From positions 1-47,067 of the forward strand of contig CANQSZ010000001.1 of the NCBI GenBank assembly GCA_947626645.1: a stretch of 47,067 bases of DNA, read 5' to 3'. Source of the stretch: Candidatus Gastranaerophilales bacterium (GTDB lineage Bacteria; Cyanobacteriota; Vampirovibrionia; Gastranaerophilales; Gastranaerophilaceae). Below the pieces are notes generated by a model. That model was not told where the DNA came from. It saw only the letters and a program-made list of their open reading frames with translations, and did not search any database. Each line of letters begins with the position of its first letter. The first letter of the stretch is position 1. Below, one piece after another: positions 9,927 to 18,907 of the stretch. Position numbers and translations under genes: made by a program.

Positions 9927-10904
9927 CTATTTAACTTTAACTTTAGGTACTACTGACATTCCGGGGACAATATTATATTGTTCGGAATCTATTTCTTCGG
10001 TGAAAACGATTTTAACCGGTATTCTTTGTACGATTTTTACGAAAGAACCGACCGCATTCTCAGGCGGGAACAAACTCGATTTTGCACCCGATGCTCTTTG
10101 GATACTGTCGATTTTTCCTTTAAAAGTTTTATTCGGATAAGTGTCAATTTTGATATCAACCGACTGACCGACTTTCATTTCACGAAGTTGGTTTTCTTTG
10201 AAATTGGCAACAACCCAAACATTTTCCGGAACCAGTGTAAACAAAGGAGAACCGGCAGTTACATACATGCCTTTTTCAACTCGTCTTGAAGATACCGTTC
10301 CCGATTGCGGCGCATAAACTCTTGTATAAGACAAATCCAATGCGGCTTTGTCTTTTGCGGCTTTTGCCGTTCTTAAATTTGCATCGGCAACCGTTTTACC
10401 GCTATCGGAAAATAACGACTGTTCCGCTTGGGTTAATCCCGCTTGTGCCGTATCATATTTTACCTGTGCGCTGTCAAATGTTTGTTTTGAAACTGCACCT
10501 TGTTCATACAAGTTTCTGTATCTTTCCAAATCTTTTTTTGCTAATGCGATGTTTGATTCTGCCGCAATCAAGTTTGCTTTTGCGTTTGATTGGTCAAGTT
10601 TTATTTTTTCATAAGTCGAATCCGCTTGCTCCAAACGAACTTTATAATCAGCATCATCAATTATTGCAACCAAATCACCCTCTTTTATAAACTGATTATC
10701 CGTAACATAAACTTCTTCAATTTGTCCCGAAACTTTTGGTGAAACATTTACCGTTGTTGTTTCAACGTAAGCATCGTCTGTTGATTGATATTGCATTTCG
10801 TTTACAAAATAAACTCCGCCTGCTGCTATTACTGCGATTAAGGCTATCAATCCAAGGGTTCGTTTTATTCCTTTCGGTTTTTCTTTTTTATCCTGTTCTT
10901 CCAT
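9927..10904 (-). CDS. HlyD/EmrA-family membrane fusion (periplasmic adaptor) protein
   Basis: 325 aa. N-terminal TM anchor, biotinyl-lipoyl-like hairpin (VSPKVSGQIEEVYVTDNQFIKEGDLV), a coiled-coil middle region and a beta-barrel C-terminus (VGQSVDIKIDTYP). Confidence 0.85.
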   Translation of the reverse strand: MEEQDKKEKPKGIKRTLGLIALIAVIAAGGVYFVNEMQYQSTDDAYVETTTVNVSPKVSGQIEEVYVTDNQFIKEGDLVAIIDDADYKVRLEQADSTYEKIKLDQSNAKANLIAAESNIALAKKDLERYRNLYEQGAVSKQTFDSAQVKYDTAQAGLTQAEQSLFSDSGKTVADANLRTAKAAKDKAALDLSYTRVYAPQSGTVSSRRVEKGMYVTAGSPLFTLVPENVWVVANFKENQLREMKVGQSVDIKIDTYPNKTFKGKIDSIQRASGAKSSLFPPENAVGSFVKIVQRIPVKIVFTEEIDSEQYNIVPGMSVVPKVKVK

Positions 10905-10913
10905 TTTTACCTC

Positions 10914-11375
10914 TTATATTTTCATTTCTACTTCTTTTTCTAAATATATTCTGAATTTTTTTAATAATTCCATCAAGTTTTTCTTATCATCTTCGGAAAA
11001 AACTTTGGGGATTTTTGATATGTGTTCTCTCAATTTTTCGGATGTTTCGAATGTACATTTAATACCTTCGGGGGTGGGTTTCATTTTTCTTACCAATCTG
11101 TTGTTTTTTGTGTCTGCCATCCGTTCAATATAACCTTTATTTTCAAGGCTTTTTAAAATTCTTCCGGTGTTTGCCCTGTCTTTTAGAATTATTTTTGCCA
11201 ATTCTCTTTGACAAATTCCGTCATTTGCGGTTATTACGTCCATTGCGGCAAATTCTTCCACACTCATCGGTATATTGAATTTTTGGAAAAGTTGTATTCC
11301 CAAATATCTGCAATACTTCGCAGTTTGTTCCAGTTTATAATATATTGAATCTGTAAAATGTTCTTCCTTATACAT
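10914..11375 (-). CDS. MarR-family transcriptional regulator
   Basis: 153 aa. Winged-HTH pattern (ICQRELAKIILKDRANTGRILKSLENKGYIER..D..D.R). First gene of the marR-emrA-emrB string. Confidence 0.85.
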   Translation of the reverse strand: MYKEEHFTDSIYYKLEQTAKYCRYLGIQLFQKFNIPMSVEEFAAMDVITANDGICQRELAKIILKDRANTGRILKSLENKGYIERMADTKNNRLVRKMKPTPEGIKCTFETSEKLREHISKIPKVFSEDDKKNLMELLKKFRIYLEKEVEMKI

Positions 11376-11415
11376 CTTTAGATTGAGTAATTATCTATTT
11401 GTAGTAAAAAATAAT

Positions 11416-11433
11416 TTGTTGCATTTGCAACAA
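11416..11433. promoter_or_regulatory. Perfect palindrome TTGTTGCA-tt-TGCAACAA, candidate MarR operator in the divergent promoter region
   Basis: 8-bp arms with a 2-bp spacer. It lies in the 120-bp gap between the marR-emrAB string (minus) and the OMF gene (plus). Confidence 0.45.
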
Positions 11434-11495
11434 TAATATGTTATCATATTGCTATATAAAATGCAAGCAGAATAATTTAAAAAGAGGACTGAATT

Positions 11496-12899
11496 TTGAA
11501 AAAGAAGATAACAACCCTACTATTGGCATGTTTTATGATTGCAAATGTTTGCCCTGTTTCATGTTTTGCAATCAGCGATAAAACCTCATCAAAACAATCC
11601 AAAAAGGTTTCCATAACAAAATCACACAAGCAAAGAGCCAAAAGTGATGCTTTTAAATACGAATATATCAACTACGATTGGTGGAAAAATTTTAATGACG
11701 ATTTATTAAGCGGGTACATAGATTCGGCAATAAAAAACAACTACGATTTAAAAATGGCGACGATTGCGGTTGATGAATATTATCAAGCGGTAAAAATTCA
11801 GTTTGCGGATGAACTTCCTCAAGCCACTGTCGGATTTTCTCCGGCTTTTACAAAAATGCCCAATTCATCAAGCTCCGATTGGACTTTTGCAACTCCCGCT
11901 TTTGCAAATTATGAGTTGGATTTATTCTTAAAAAACAGAGATAAAACAAAATCTTCAAAAAAACAGTATGAAGCATCATTGCAAGATGAAAGAGCCGTTT
12001 ATATTTCTATCGCTTCCACTGTCGGCACAACTTATTTCAATATAGTTAAACTTGACAAAATGATTGCTTTGCAAGAACAAATTGTTCAAGACAGAAAAGA
12101 TATCTACAACTTGATGCTTGCAAGAAATAAAGAAGGTTTAACTTCAACCTCCGACACCGTAAAAGCCAACAAATCTTACATTGCGGGAACTACTGAATTG
12201 ACGGAATACAAAAAACAAAGAACGAAACTTCTTAATCAGTTGGCGGTTTTAATCGGTGAAACTCCCGAAAAATCAGACGAATTATCAAGGATTAATTTTG
12301 ATGAAATAAACTTTTCGGGAAATATTCCAAGCGAGATATCCTCGGAAGTTATTTCTCAAAGACCGGATTATTTAAAAGCGGAAAAACTGGTTGAAAAAGC
12401 GGGAATTGATGTCAGAGTAGCAAAAAAAGAATTTTTGCCGACAATTAATATAACGGGTATTGCATTTATGTTCGCTAAAGATTTCGGCAGTATTTGGACA
12501 ACAAAGAATGCTTTGGCGGCTTTGGCAGGCGGTGCGATGCTTCCGATTTTTACCGGAGGAAAAAGAGTTGCCAATTTAAGGCTTAAAAAAGATACTTACG
12601 AAAGAGTTTTGAATAACTATTACAAAACAAATCTGACCGCTATTCAAGAAGTTAACGATGCTTTGGTTTCGATAAAACTTGACACGGAAAAATTTACCAA
12701 CACCGAAAAACAAGCACAGCTTGAACGTGAGGATTTCGGTTACAGTACAAACAAATTTGATGAAGGTATCATTTCTAAACTTGACTTAATCCAAGTCAGA
12801 GAAAATGTTTTATTCACCGACAAACAAGTCGTAAATGATAAAATTGACTGCCTTGTTGACTATATTGGTCTTTATAAGGCAGTAGGAACAAGATTATAA
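11496..12899 (+). CDS. Outer-membrane efflux factor (TolC/NodT-like OMF)
   Basis: 467 aa, TTG start with AGAGGA RBS and a signal peptide (LLLACFMIANVCPVSCFA). Two OEP-type repeats (RPDYLKAE, LPTINITG, GG.R.ANL). Divergent from the EmrAB-like pump. Confidence 0.8.
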   Translation: MKKKITTLLLACFMIANVCPVSCFAISDKTSSKQSKKVSITKSHKQRAKSDAFKYEYINYDWWKNFNDDLLSGYIDSAIKNNYDLKMATIAVDEYYQAVKIQFADELPQATVGFSPAFTKMPNSSSSDWTFATPAFANYELDLFLKNRDKTKSSKKQYEASLQDERAVYISIASTVGTTYFNIVKLDKMIALQEQIVQDRKDIYNLMLARNKEGLTSTSDTVKANKSYIAGTTELTEYKKQRTKLLNQLAVLIGETPEKSDELSRINFDEINFSGNIPSEISSEVISQRPDYLKAEKLVEKAGIDVRVAKKEFLPTINITGIAFMFAKDFGSIWTTKNALAALAGGAMLPIFTGGKRVANLRLKKDTYERVLNNYYKTNLTAIQEVNDALVSIKLDTEKFTNTEKQAQLEREDFGYSTNKFDEGIISKLDLIQVRENVLFTDKQVVNDKIDCLVDYIGLYKAVGTRL

Positions 12900-12928
12900 G
12901 TCTTTACATCTTAATCATACTTCAAATC

Positions 12929-12957
12929 AAGCAGATATTATTAAAATATCTGCTTTT
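12929..12957. terminator. Bidirectional terminator between convergent OMF and ilvE genes
   Basis: GCAGATAT-tattaaa-ATATCTGC followed by TTTTC, with an A-rich 5' flank. Confidence 0.6.
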
Positions 12958-12987
12958 CATTAATTAATTTATTTGTTTTTTTATTTT

Positions 12988-14034
12988 TTAATCAACAACC
13001 TTTATCCACCCGTCGGGTGCTTTGATTTTTCCGTATTGAATACCGGTTAAGGTGTCATAAAGTTTTTTGGAAATTTCACCCGCAGAGTCCATTCCTGTCG
13101 GGAAACATATTTCTTTTCCGTTATCAACAATTTTACCGACAGGTGAAATAACGGCAGCCGTTCCGCAAAGACCGCATTCTTTAAATTCACTAAGCTCTGT
13201 CAAGTAAATTTCACGTTCGACTACTTCTAAACCCAAATACTCTTTTGCAACATGTAATAATGATTTTCGGGTAATTGAGGGTAAAATCGTCGATGATTTC
13301 GGGGTAACGATTTTGTTATCTTTTGTTACAAAAAAGATATTCGCACCGCCTGTTTCTTCGACTTTTGTTCGTGTTTTTGCATCAGGATACAGGTTTTCAT
13401 TGTATCCTTCATTGTGTGCCGTAACGATAGCGTGTAAACTCATTGCGTAATTTAAACCGGCTTTTACATGACCTGTTCCGTTTGGTGCGGCGCGGTCAAA
13501 ATCGGATATTTTAAGTGTTAACGGTTTCATACCGCCTTTAAAATATGGTCCGACAGGAGATACAAAAACTCTGAATTGATATTCTTCCGCGGGTTTTACA
13601 CCCATAACAGGCGATGAACCGAACATAAACGGTCTTATATAAAGCGATGCACCTGTTCCGTAAGGCGGTACGTATTTTAGGTTTGCTTTTACAACTTTAC
13701 AAACAGCATCAACAAACTTATCAACGGGATATGGAGGCATTTCTAGTCTTTTTGCCGATTCATACATTCTATGTGCGTTCATATCGGGTCTGAATATCAC
13801 AACTTTTCCGTCTTGAGTTGTGTATGCTTTCATACCCTCAAAACAAGTCTGAGCATACTGCAAAACCCCCGCACTTTCATTCATTGTAATATTTTCATCT
13901 TCGGTTAAACAACCCTCGTCCCATTGTCCGTCTTTATAGTTGGAATAAAATCTTTTATCGGTTTTGTAATATCCGAAACCCAAATTTGACCAATCAATAT
14001 TTGCTTTTTCAATTGTTTCCATAAATTCTCCCAT
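12988..14034 (-). CDS. ilvE: Branched-chain amino acid aminotransferase
   Basis: 348 aa (alternative start at Met5). Class IV aminotransferase pattern: FEGMKAY, IFRPDMNAHRM, LYIRPF, VKAGLNYA, ETGGANIFFV, LPSITR, CGTAAVISPV. Confidence 0.9.
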   Translation of the reverse strand: MGEFMETIEKANIDWSNLGFGYYKTDKRFYSNYKDGQWDEGCLTEDENITMNESAGVLQYAQTCFEGMKAYTTQDGKVVIFRPDMNAHRMYESAKRLEMPPYPVDKFVDAVCKVVKANLKYVPPYGTGASLYIRPFMFGSSPVMGVKPAEEYQFRVFVSPVGPYFKGGMKPLTLKISDFDRAAPNGTGHVKAGLNYAMSLHAIVTAHNEGYNENLYPDAKTRTKVEETGGANIFFVTKDNKIVTPKSSTILPSITRKSLLHVAKEYLGLEVVEREIYLTELSEFKECGLCGTAAVISPVGKIVDNGKEICFPTGMDSAGEISKKLYDTLTGIQYGKIKAPDGWIKVVD

Positions 14035-14084
14035 TTTTTTATTATTTATAATTATAGAATAAAAAAAATTAATAGTTGTTTTTT

Positions 14085-14294
14085 TTATTCAATCCCTTTA
14101 AAAAGTTCGTTTATATCGACTTTCAAAACTTTGGCAATCATATAAAGATTAATTGCGCTTGGTATTTGCCTGCCTTTTTCGATTGAGGTTATTGAATTTG
14201 TGCTCAAATCAACCAATTCGGCAAGTTCCTCTTGGGACAAATCCCTTCTGTTTCTTTCTGCTTTTATATTTAACCCTAGTGCCCTAATATTCAT
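14085..14294 (-). CDS. XRE-family HTH transcriptional regulator
   Basis: 69 aa. Has LSQEELAELVDLSTNSITSIEKGRQIPS, the canonical Cro/C1 HTH. Confidence 0.8.
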   Translation of the reverse strand: MNIRALGLNIKAERNRRDLSQEELAELVDLSTNSITSIEKGRQIPSAINLYMIAKVLKVDINELFKGIE

Positions 14295-14311
14295 ATTTTT
14301 ATTATTATCTA

Positions 14312-14371
14312 TTGACTTAACATTTTCAACACCCTATAATTGGATAAAATACAAATACTTTTGTATTTTAT
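14312..14371 (+). promoter_or_regulatory. Near-consensus sigma70 promoter plus a 12-bp-arm palindrome (candidate XRE operator)
   Basis: TTGACT (14312-14317), 17-nt spacer, TATAAT (14335-14340). Immediately downstream is ATAAAATACAAA-tact-TTTGTATTTTAT (14344-14371). Confidence 0.5.
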
Positions 14372-14402
14372 AGAAGTATTTATTTGTGAGGTTGTTTTTT
14401 TT

Positions 14403-14633
14403 ATGAAAAATATTTCTTTATTAACGGATAAAATCGGAGAAAAATTAACGGAAATAGGCGAGCTTTCAAAGTGTTTGTTTAAGGTCATAGAAAGCGGGGT
14501 TGAAAATTGTGAAGATATTTCTTATATCGCACCGCTTGCAAAAATTGTCAGCCAAAAAACCGACAAAATATTGAAATATTATGACGAACTGGAGTTTGAG
14601 ATATCTGAAATTGTTTATGCCGACAGGTTATGA
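14403..14633 (+). CDS. Small hypothetical protein (76 aa) divergent from the XRE gene
   Basis: The ORF track starts at TTG 14340, inside the promoter. ATG 14403 has a GAGG RBS about 10 nt upstream. No recognisable domain. Confidence 0.5.
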   Translation: MKNISLLTDKIGEKLTEIGELSKCLFKVIESGVENCEDISYIAPLAKIVSQKTDKILKYYDELEFEISEIVYADRL

Positions 14634-14636
14634 AAA

Positions 14637-15758
14637 TTATCTTATTTGAACCGGCATAATTAAGCAAACAAAATCGTCTTCGCTTTTGGGTTTCAAAACT
14701 GTTGCCGAAAGACTTGCGTTCAATCCGATTATTACTTCATCACTTTCAATAATCCTCAGTGCATCCAAAACGAATTTGTAATTAAAAGCGATGACTAATT
14801 CTTCCGCGGTGTAATCGATATCAATTTTATCTTCAGATTTACCGGAATCGGGAGTGTCGCCTGAAAGTGTCAATTCGTTATCGGCAAAGTGCATTTTTAC
14901 AATACAAGTTTTTTCGTTTACCAAAACGGAAACTCTTTCAAGTGCCGAAATCAACTGTGATACGTTTACAATAGCTTGTTTCGGGCTATCCGAGGGGATA
15001 AGCTGGTTATATTTCGGGAATTGACCTTCCAAAAGCCGAGATATTGTTAAAGTTTTTTCTGTTTTGAGTATTATTGTTGATTTATCTTTGCAAATTTTTA
15101 TACTTTCTTCGTCAATAAACGAACTCATCTTCAAAAATTCATTTAATGTTCTTGACGGAATAATCAACTGGGTGGGTTCCGTTATTCCGCTTGTAATTTT
15201 TTCTCTGACTCTTGCAAGTCTGTTTCCGTCGGTGGAAGCTATTTCCAAAACGCCGTCGGAAAATTCGCACACAATACCGGATAAAAGGTTGCTGACTTCA
15301 TAGCTTGCGGCTGCAAAACCGGCTTGTTTTATCGCTTTTAAAAACGGTTTTAATTCAACATCAAAACATTTTGTTTCGTCTATGGTGTATGTTGTAACGT
15401 CTGTCGGAAATTCGTTTGCGGAAATTCCTATTATATCGAATTTTGATTTATTACAGGTTATGTTGACGGTTGTTCCGTTTTCTTCTGTTTCGACGGTTAT
15501 CAAGTCGTTGGTCAATTTTGAAACTATTTCATTGAGGGTTCTTGCGGGGAGTGTAATTTTTCCCGCGTCTTGAACTTGTGCGTCAATTGTTGTTATAACA
15601 GTGAGAACCGTATCTGTTGCAGTCAAACGAATCTTGTTATTTTCAAGTGTTTCAATAAGTATATTATACAAAACCGGTTGAACAGCTTTTTGGGAAGTTG
15701 CTCTTTCTACAATTTTTATACCTTCATACAAATCTTCTTTTCTTACAATAAATTTCAT
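14637..15758 (-). CDS. dnaN: DNA polymerase III beta sliding clamp
   Basis: About 373 aa with three-domain clamp length and pattern (MKFIVRKEDL..., PVLYNILIE, EGQFPKY, LIMPVQI). ATG 15758 has an AAGGAG RBS 8 nt upstream. The track start GTG 15767 lies inside that RBS. Confidence 0.9.
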   Translation of the reverse strand: MKFIVRKEDLYEGIKIVERATSQKAVQPVLYNILIETLENNKIRLTATDTVLTVITTIDAQVQDAGKITLPARTLNEIVSKLTNDLITVETEENGTTVNITCNKSKFDIIGISANEFPTDVTTYTIDETKCFDVELKPFLKAIKQAGFAAASYEVSNLLSGIVCEFSDGVLEIASTDGNRLARVREKITSGITEPTQLIIPSRTLNEFLKMSSFIDEESIKICKDKSTIILKTEKTLTISRLLEGQFPKYNQLIPSDSPKQAIVNVSQLISALERVSVLVNEKTCIVKMHFADNELTLSGDTPDSGKSEDKIDIDYTAEELVIAFNYKFVLDALRIIESDEVIIGLNASLSATVLKPKSEDDFVCLIMPVQIR

Positions 15759-15973
15759 ACCCTTCACTCCTTAAAATCTTTCTTATATTATAGAATAAAG
15801 TTAATCAAAATAAAACACTTGCCGACAATTCTACTACACGATTTGTTACATTATGGAAAATTAAACTATTTAAAATAAATATAAATTAAATAATTAATAA
15901 AATTAATCATGATAGTAACCCCAAAATATTTGTAAAAAACCCAAGAAAGTATAATTATAATTGAATTGTCGCT

Positions 15974-16207
15974 TGTAGAAAAATTGTAGAAAAAAATAAA
16001 TAAATTCTGTATAAAATGTAGTAAATTTAGATAACATATAATAGTAATGATTTTTATGTAGAAAACTCATTGAGTTTTCTACAAAAACCACGAACACGAT
16101 GTATAAAAATAAAAAATAATTTTTAAATATAAAAAAACCAATAAATAAAAGAATTAAATAATTGTATCATAGTGTTTTATGTAGAAAACTTTTTAAGTTT
16201 TCTACAT
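15974..16207. repeat. Cluster of TGTAGAAAA / TTTTCTACA 9-mers (6 perfect, 1 degenerate), including two 11-12-bp-arm palindromes; candidate oriC DnaA-box array
   Basis: Perfect copies on the plus strand at 15974-15982, 15985-15993, 16057-16065 and 16180-16188. Perfect copies on the minus strand at 16075-16083 and 16198-16206. Degenerate TGTAGTAAA at 16017-16025. Located in the 543-bp AT-rich gap upstream of dnaN. Confidence 0.4.
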
Positions 16208-16310
16208 AAACGATGAATATTGAGTTAATAAAAATAAAGTTAAAAAAAATTAAAATAATTGTTTTTGAAAAATTAACATAACGTAATGATATTTTGTGGT
16301 ATAAGTTTTA

Positions 16311-18029
16311 TTGAATGAAAGAATTATGGACAGAGTAAAAAACGTTGTAAATAAAATAAAAGAGTTTTGTAATAACCACAAAGAAGCCGTAACACTAATA
16401 AGTTTGGCTGTAGCTTTTTATTACATATTTTTCCATAATATAGGAACATATCCTCTGATGGACGTTGATGAAACCAGATATGTTGCAATGTCAAGAGATA
16501 TGTTTTTATCCAAAAACTACCTGACACTTTATTTAAACGGTCAATATTTCTTTGAAAAACCGCCATTATATTTTTGGCAGGAATGTTTGTCGTTTACAAT
16601 ATTCGGGAAAATAAACGAGTGGACTGCAAGATTTCCGGTTGCTTTGTTGGGGTTTGTTTTTTCGTTCGTTGTATATTTTTTGCTGCGGCTTAGAATAAAC
16701 AGAAAATTTGCGATACTTACATCATTGATTATGGCAACGTCTTTAGAATTTATCATGCTTTCAAAGTATGCGATACTTGATATTGTATTGACATTTTATA
16801 TAGGATTAGCGCTTGTTTGTTATTGTTCGGTGTATTTTTGCAGGGAAAAGAATAAAAAATATTACTGGTGGGCATTTTATCTGTTTTCGGGGTTGGCGGT
16901 TATGGCAAAAGGAATCCCAGGGATTGCAATACCTTTTGGCACGGTGTTTTTTACATCGATTGCCGCAAGAAAGTTTAAAGAAGTTTTTAAACCGATAAAT
17001 ATAATCCCCGGAATTTTGATATTTTCGTTGATTGTTTTGCCGTGGCATATATATATGCTAAAAGAGTACAACCCGCAGTTTTTTAACGAATATATCGTAA
17101 AACACCATTTACACAGATTTTTGAATACCCAAAATAACGAAATAGGAAGAAAACACTCGGTTTATTACTATTTTGCGGTTATTTTGTGGGGATTTATACC
17201 ATGGATATTTTCTTTGATTTCGGTCGGAATTGAAAAAATTATCAACTGGAGTAAACAACAGTACGTTGAAAAAGCAAGAAATTTCAATTTTGACACGTTG
17301 GATAATATCCATAAAATACTGTTTTTGGCATGGATAACGACTGTGTGGATTATTTTGTTTTTCTCATTATCGACAACAAAACTTGCAACATATATTCTGC
17401 CGGTTTATTTCCCGCTTTCAATAATTGCGGGGTTGATGTGGAACGATTATACCGACGGAAAAAAACATGAAAAAGCGATAAATATTTCAACAAAAGTATT
17501 CGGTTGGTTTTGTTTAACAGCGGGAATTATTGCAATATTTACACCGCTTTATTTACCCGAACAATTGAATAATGATATATCAGAAATTAAATGGTTCAGC
17601 ATAATTTGTTTGATTGTTTTTGGTTTGTGTTCAATTCTTTTTGAAAAGTATAAAAAATACACCGCAATATTTGTTTTGTATGTAGTATTTATGGCGGTGG
17701 TTTCAGCTTTTGCAACGGAAGAATTTTTTGAAACGGATTATAAATTCGGACAAAATGATTTAATCGAATTTGCAAAATACGCAAAAGAAAATGATTACAC
17801 AATTTCTGCTAACGGTTTGAGCAGAAAATATTCACTGCTTTATTACAACGATGAAATTGTCGATTATAACGACGAAGATAATGATATTAACATAATCAAA
17901 AACGATTTGAAAAAAGATAAAAATGTTGTTATCGTAAAAAATAAAGTGATGAATAAAATTCAAAACAAAGTAAAATTTGTAGTTATCAAAAAAGGCAGAC
18001 GATACACAATGATAAGGGGTATAAAATAA
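16311..18029 (+). CDS. GT39/GT83-type (ArnT/PMT-like) polyprenol-phosphate-sugar-dependent glycosyltransferase
   Basis: 572 aa (alternative ATG at 16326), more than 10 TM helices. N-terminal loop motif DETRYVAMSRDM ... FEKPPLYFW is typical of the PMT_2/ArnT family. Confidence 0.8.
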   Translation: MNERIMDRVKNVVNKIKEFCNNHKEAVTLISLAVAFYYIFFHNIGTYPLMDVDETRYVAMSRDMFLSKNYLTLYLNGQYFFEKPPLYFWQECLSFTIFGKINEWTARFPVALLGFVFSFVVYFLLRLRINRKFAILTSLIMATSLEFIMLSKYAILDIVLTFYIGLALVCYCSVYFCREKNKKYYWWAFYLFSGLAVMAKGIPGIAIPFGTVFFTSIAARKFKEVFKPINIIPGILIFSLIVLPWHIYMLKEYNPQFFNEYIVKHHLHRFLNTQNNEIGRKHSVYYYFAVILWGFIPWIFSLISVGIEKIINWSKQQYVEKARNFNFDTLDNIHKILFLAWITTVWIILFFSLSTTKLATYILPVYFPLSIIAGLMWNDYTDGKKHEKAINISTKVFGWFCLTAGIIAIFTPLYLPEQLNNDISEIKWFSIICLIVFGLCSILFEKYKKYTAIFVLYVVFMAVVSAFATEEFFETDYKFGQNDLIEFAKYAKENDYTISANGLSRKYSLLYYNDEIVDYNDEDNDINIIKNDLKKDKNVVIVKNKVMNKIQNKVKFVVIKKGRRYTMIRGIK

Positions 18030-18034
18030 AAACA

Positions 18035-18592
18035 GTGCTGCAACAATACGAAAAATTTTTATCGGATTTTGATACCGTATTAAAACTGTTGTTTGAAAAC
18101 CACAAAAAATATATAAAATGTCAAAAAGGTTGTACAAAGTGTTGTGAAAAAGGTAATTATCCGCTTTCACAATTAGAATTTGCATATTTGACCAAAGGGT
18201 TTATAAATTTACCCGATGAAATCAAAAGAAAAGTTCAAATTGCAATAAAAGAATTACAAAAAGAAAAAGAGCAAACAAATTCCAAAACATTTGAACACAG
18301 ATGTCCCTTTTTGGTTGATGATGAATGTGTTGTTTATGACTACAGGGCAATAATATGCAGGGTTTTCGGGATTTGTTATTGGGATGATGAAAACAGGTAT
18401 GTAAGACTTCCGGATTGTGTGAATGAGGGTTTGAATTATGCAAAATATTATAATAAAAAAGACAAAACATTGAATATAGAGGATGTTTTGAAGATAAATC
18501 TGCGAACGGACAGAGTTTTGAACAGTGAATTAGCAAAACGATATGAACTTGAAATCGGTGAAATTCGCCCGATGCTTGATTGGATAAAATAA
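18035..18592 (+). CDS. YkgJ-family cysteine-cluster protein (CxxCxxCC)
   Basis: 185 aa, GTG start. CQKGCTKCCEKG matches the CxxCxxCC zinc/iron-chelating domain signature; a second Cys group is HRCPFLVDDECVVY. Confidence 0.7.
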   Translation: MLQQYEKFLSDFDTVLKLLFENHKKYIKCQKGCTKCCEKGNYPLSQLEFAYLTKGFINLPDEIKRKVQIAIKELQKEKEQTNSKTFEHRCPFLVDDECVVYDYRAIICRVFGICYWDDENRYVRLPDCVNEGLNYAKYYNKKDKTLNIEDVLKINLRTDRVLNSELAKRYELEIGEIRPMLDWIK

Positions 18593-18595
18593 AAA

Positions 18596-18616
18596 AGACC
18601 GAAAATATTTCGGTCT
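18596..18616. terminator. Bidirectional rho-independent terminator
   Basis: AGACCGAAA-ata-TTTCGGTCT flanked by an A-run and a T/A-run, between convergent genes. Confidence 0.6.
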
Positions 18617-18642
18617 TAAAAATTGGTATATAAAAATTATTA

Positions 18643-18831
18643 TTATTTAACGTCGTCTTTAATAACAATAAGATTGTTCATAATTTTCATCGCACAGGTG
18701 GGAAGAACGACGTGTTCTAAACCTTCTGCGATACCGATAATTTTACCCGCGCCTAAAACAACTTCTTCACCTTTATAAGTGAATTTGTAGTCTGTTTTTC
18801 TGTCTGAACGAATAGTGATTTTTTCTGCCAT
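18643..18831 (-). CDS. Small hypothetical protein (62 aa)
   Basis: AAGGGG RBS 8 nt before the ATG. Own near-consensus promoter upstream. No recognisable domain. Confidence 0.6.
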   Translation of the reverse strand: MAEKITIRSDRKTDYKFTYKGEEVVLGAGKIIGIAEGLEHVVLPTCAMKIMNNLIVIKDDVK

Positions 18832-18866
18832 AAAATTTACCCCTTACATATTGATTACATCATGGT

Positions 18867-18895
18867 ATTATACACCAAAACCCGCTAAAAATCAA
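18867..18895 (-). promoter_or_regulatory. Near-consensus sigma70 promoter for the 62-aa gene
   Basis: Minus strand reads TTGATT (18890-18895), 17-nt spacer, TATAAT (18867-18872). Confidence 0.45.
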
Positions 18896-18907
18896 GGCAT
18901 ATAATGT

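Noticed and set aside
15570-16097. Track ORFs 15570-15878 (+) and 15903-16097 (-) in the dnaN upstream gap
   Set aside because: Their composition is extremely AT-rich and low-complexity (runs of F, Y, N, K, I), they have no RBS, and they overlap the repeat array. They are artefacts of AT-rich non-coding DNA.
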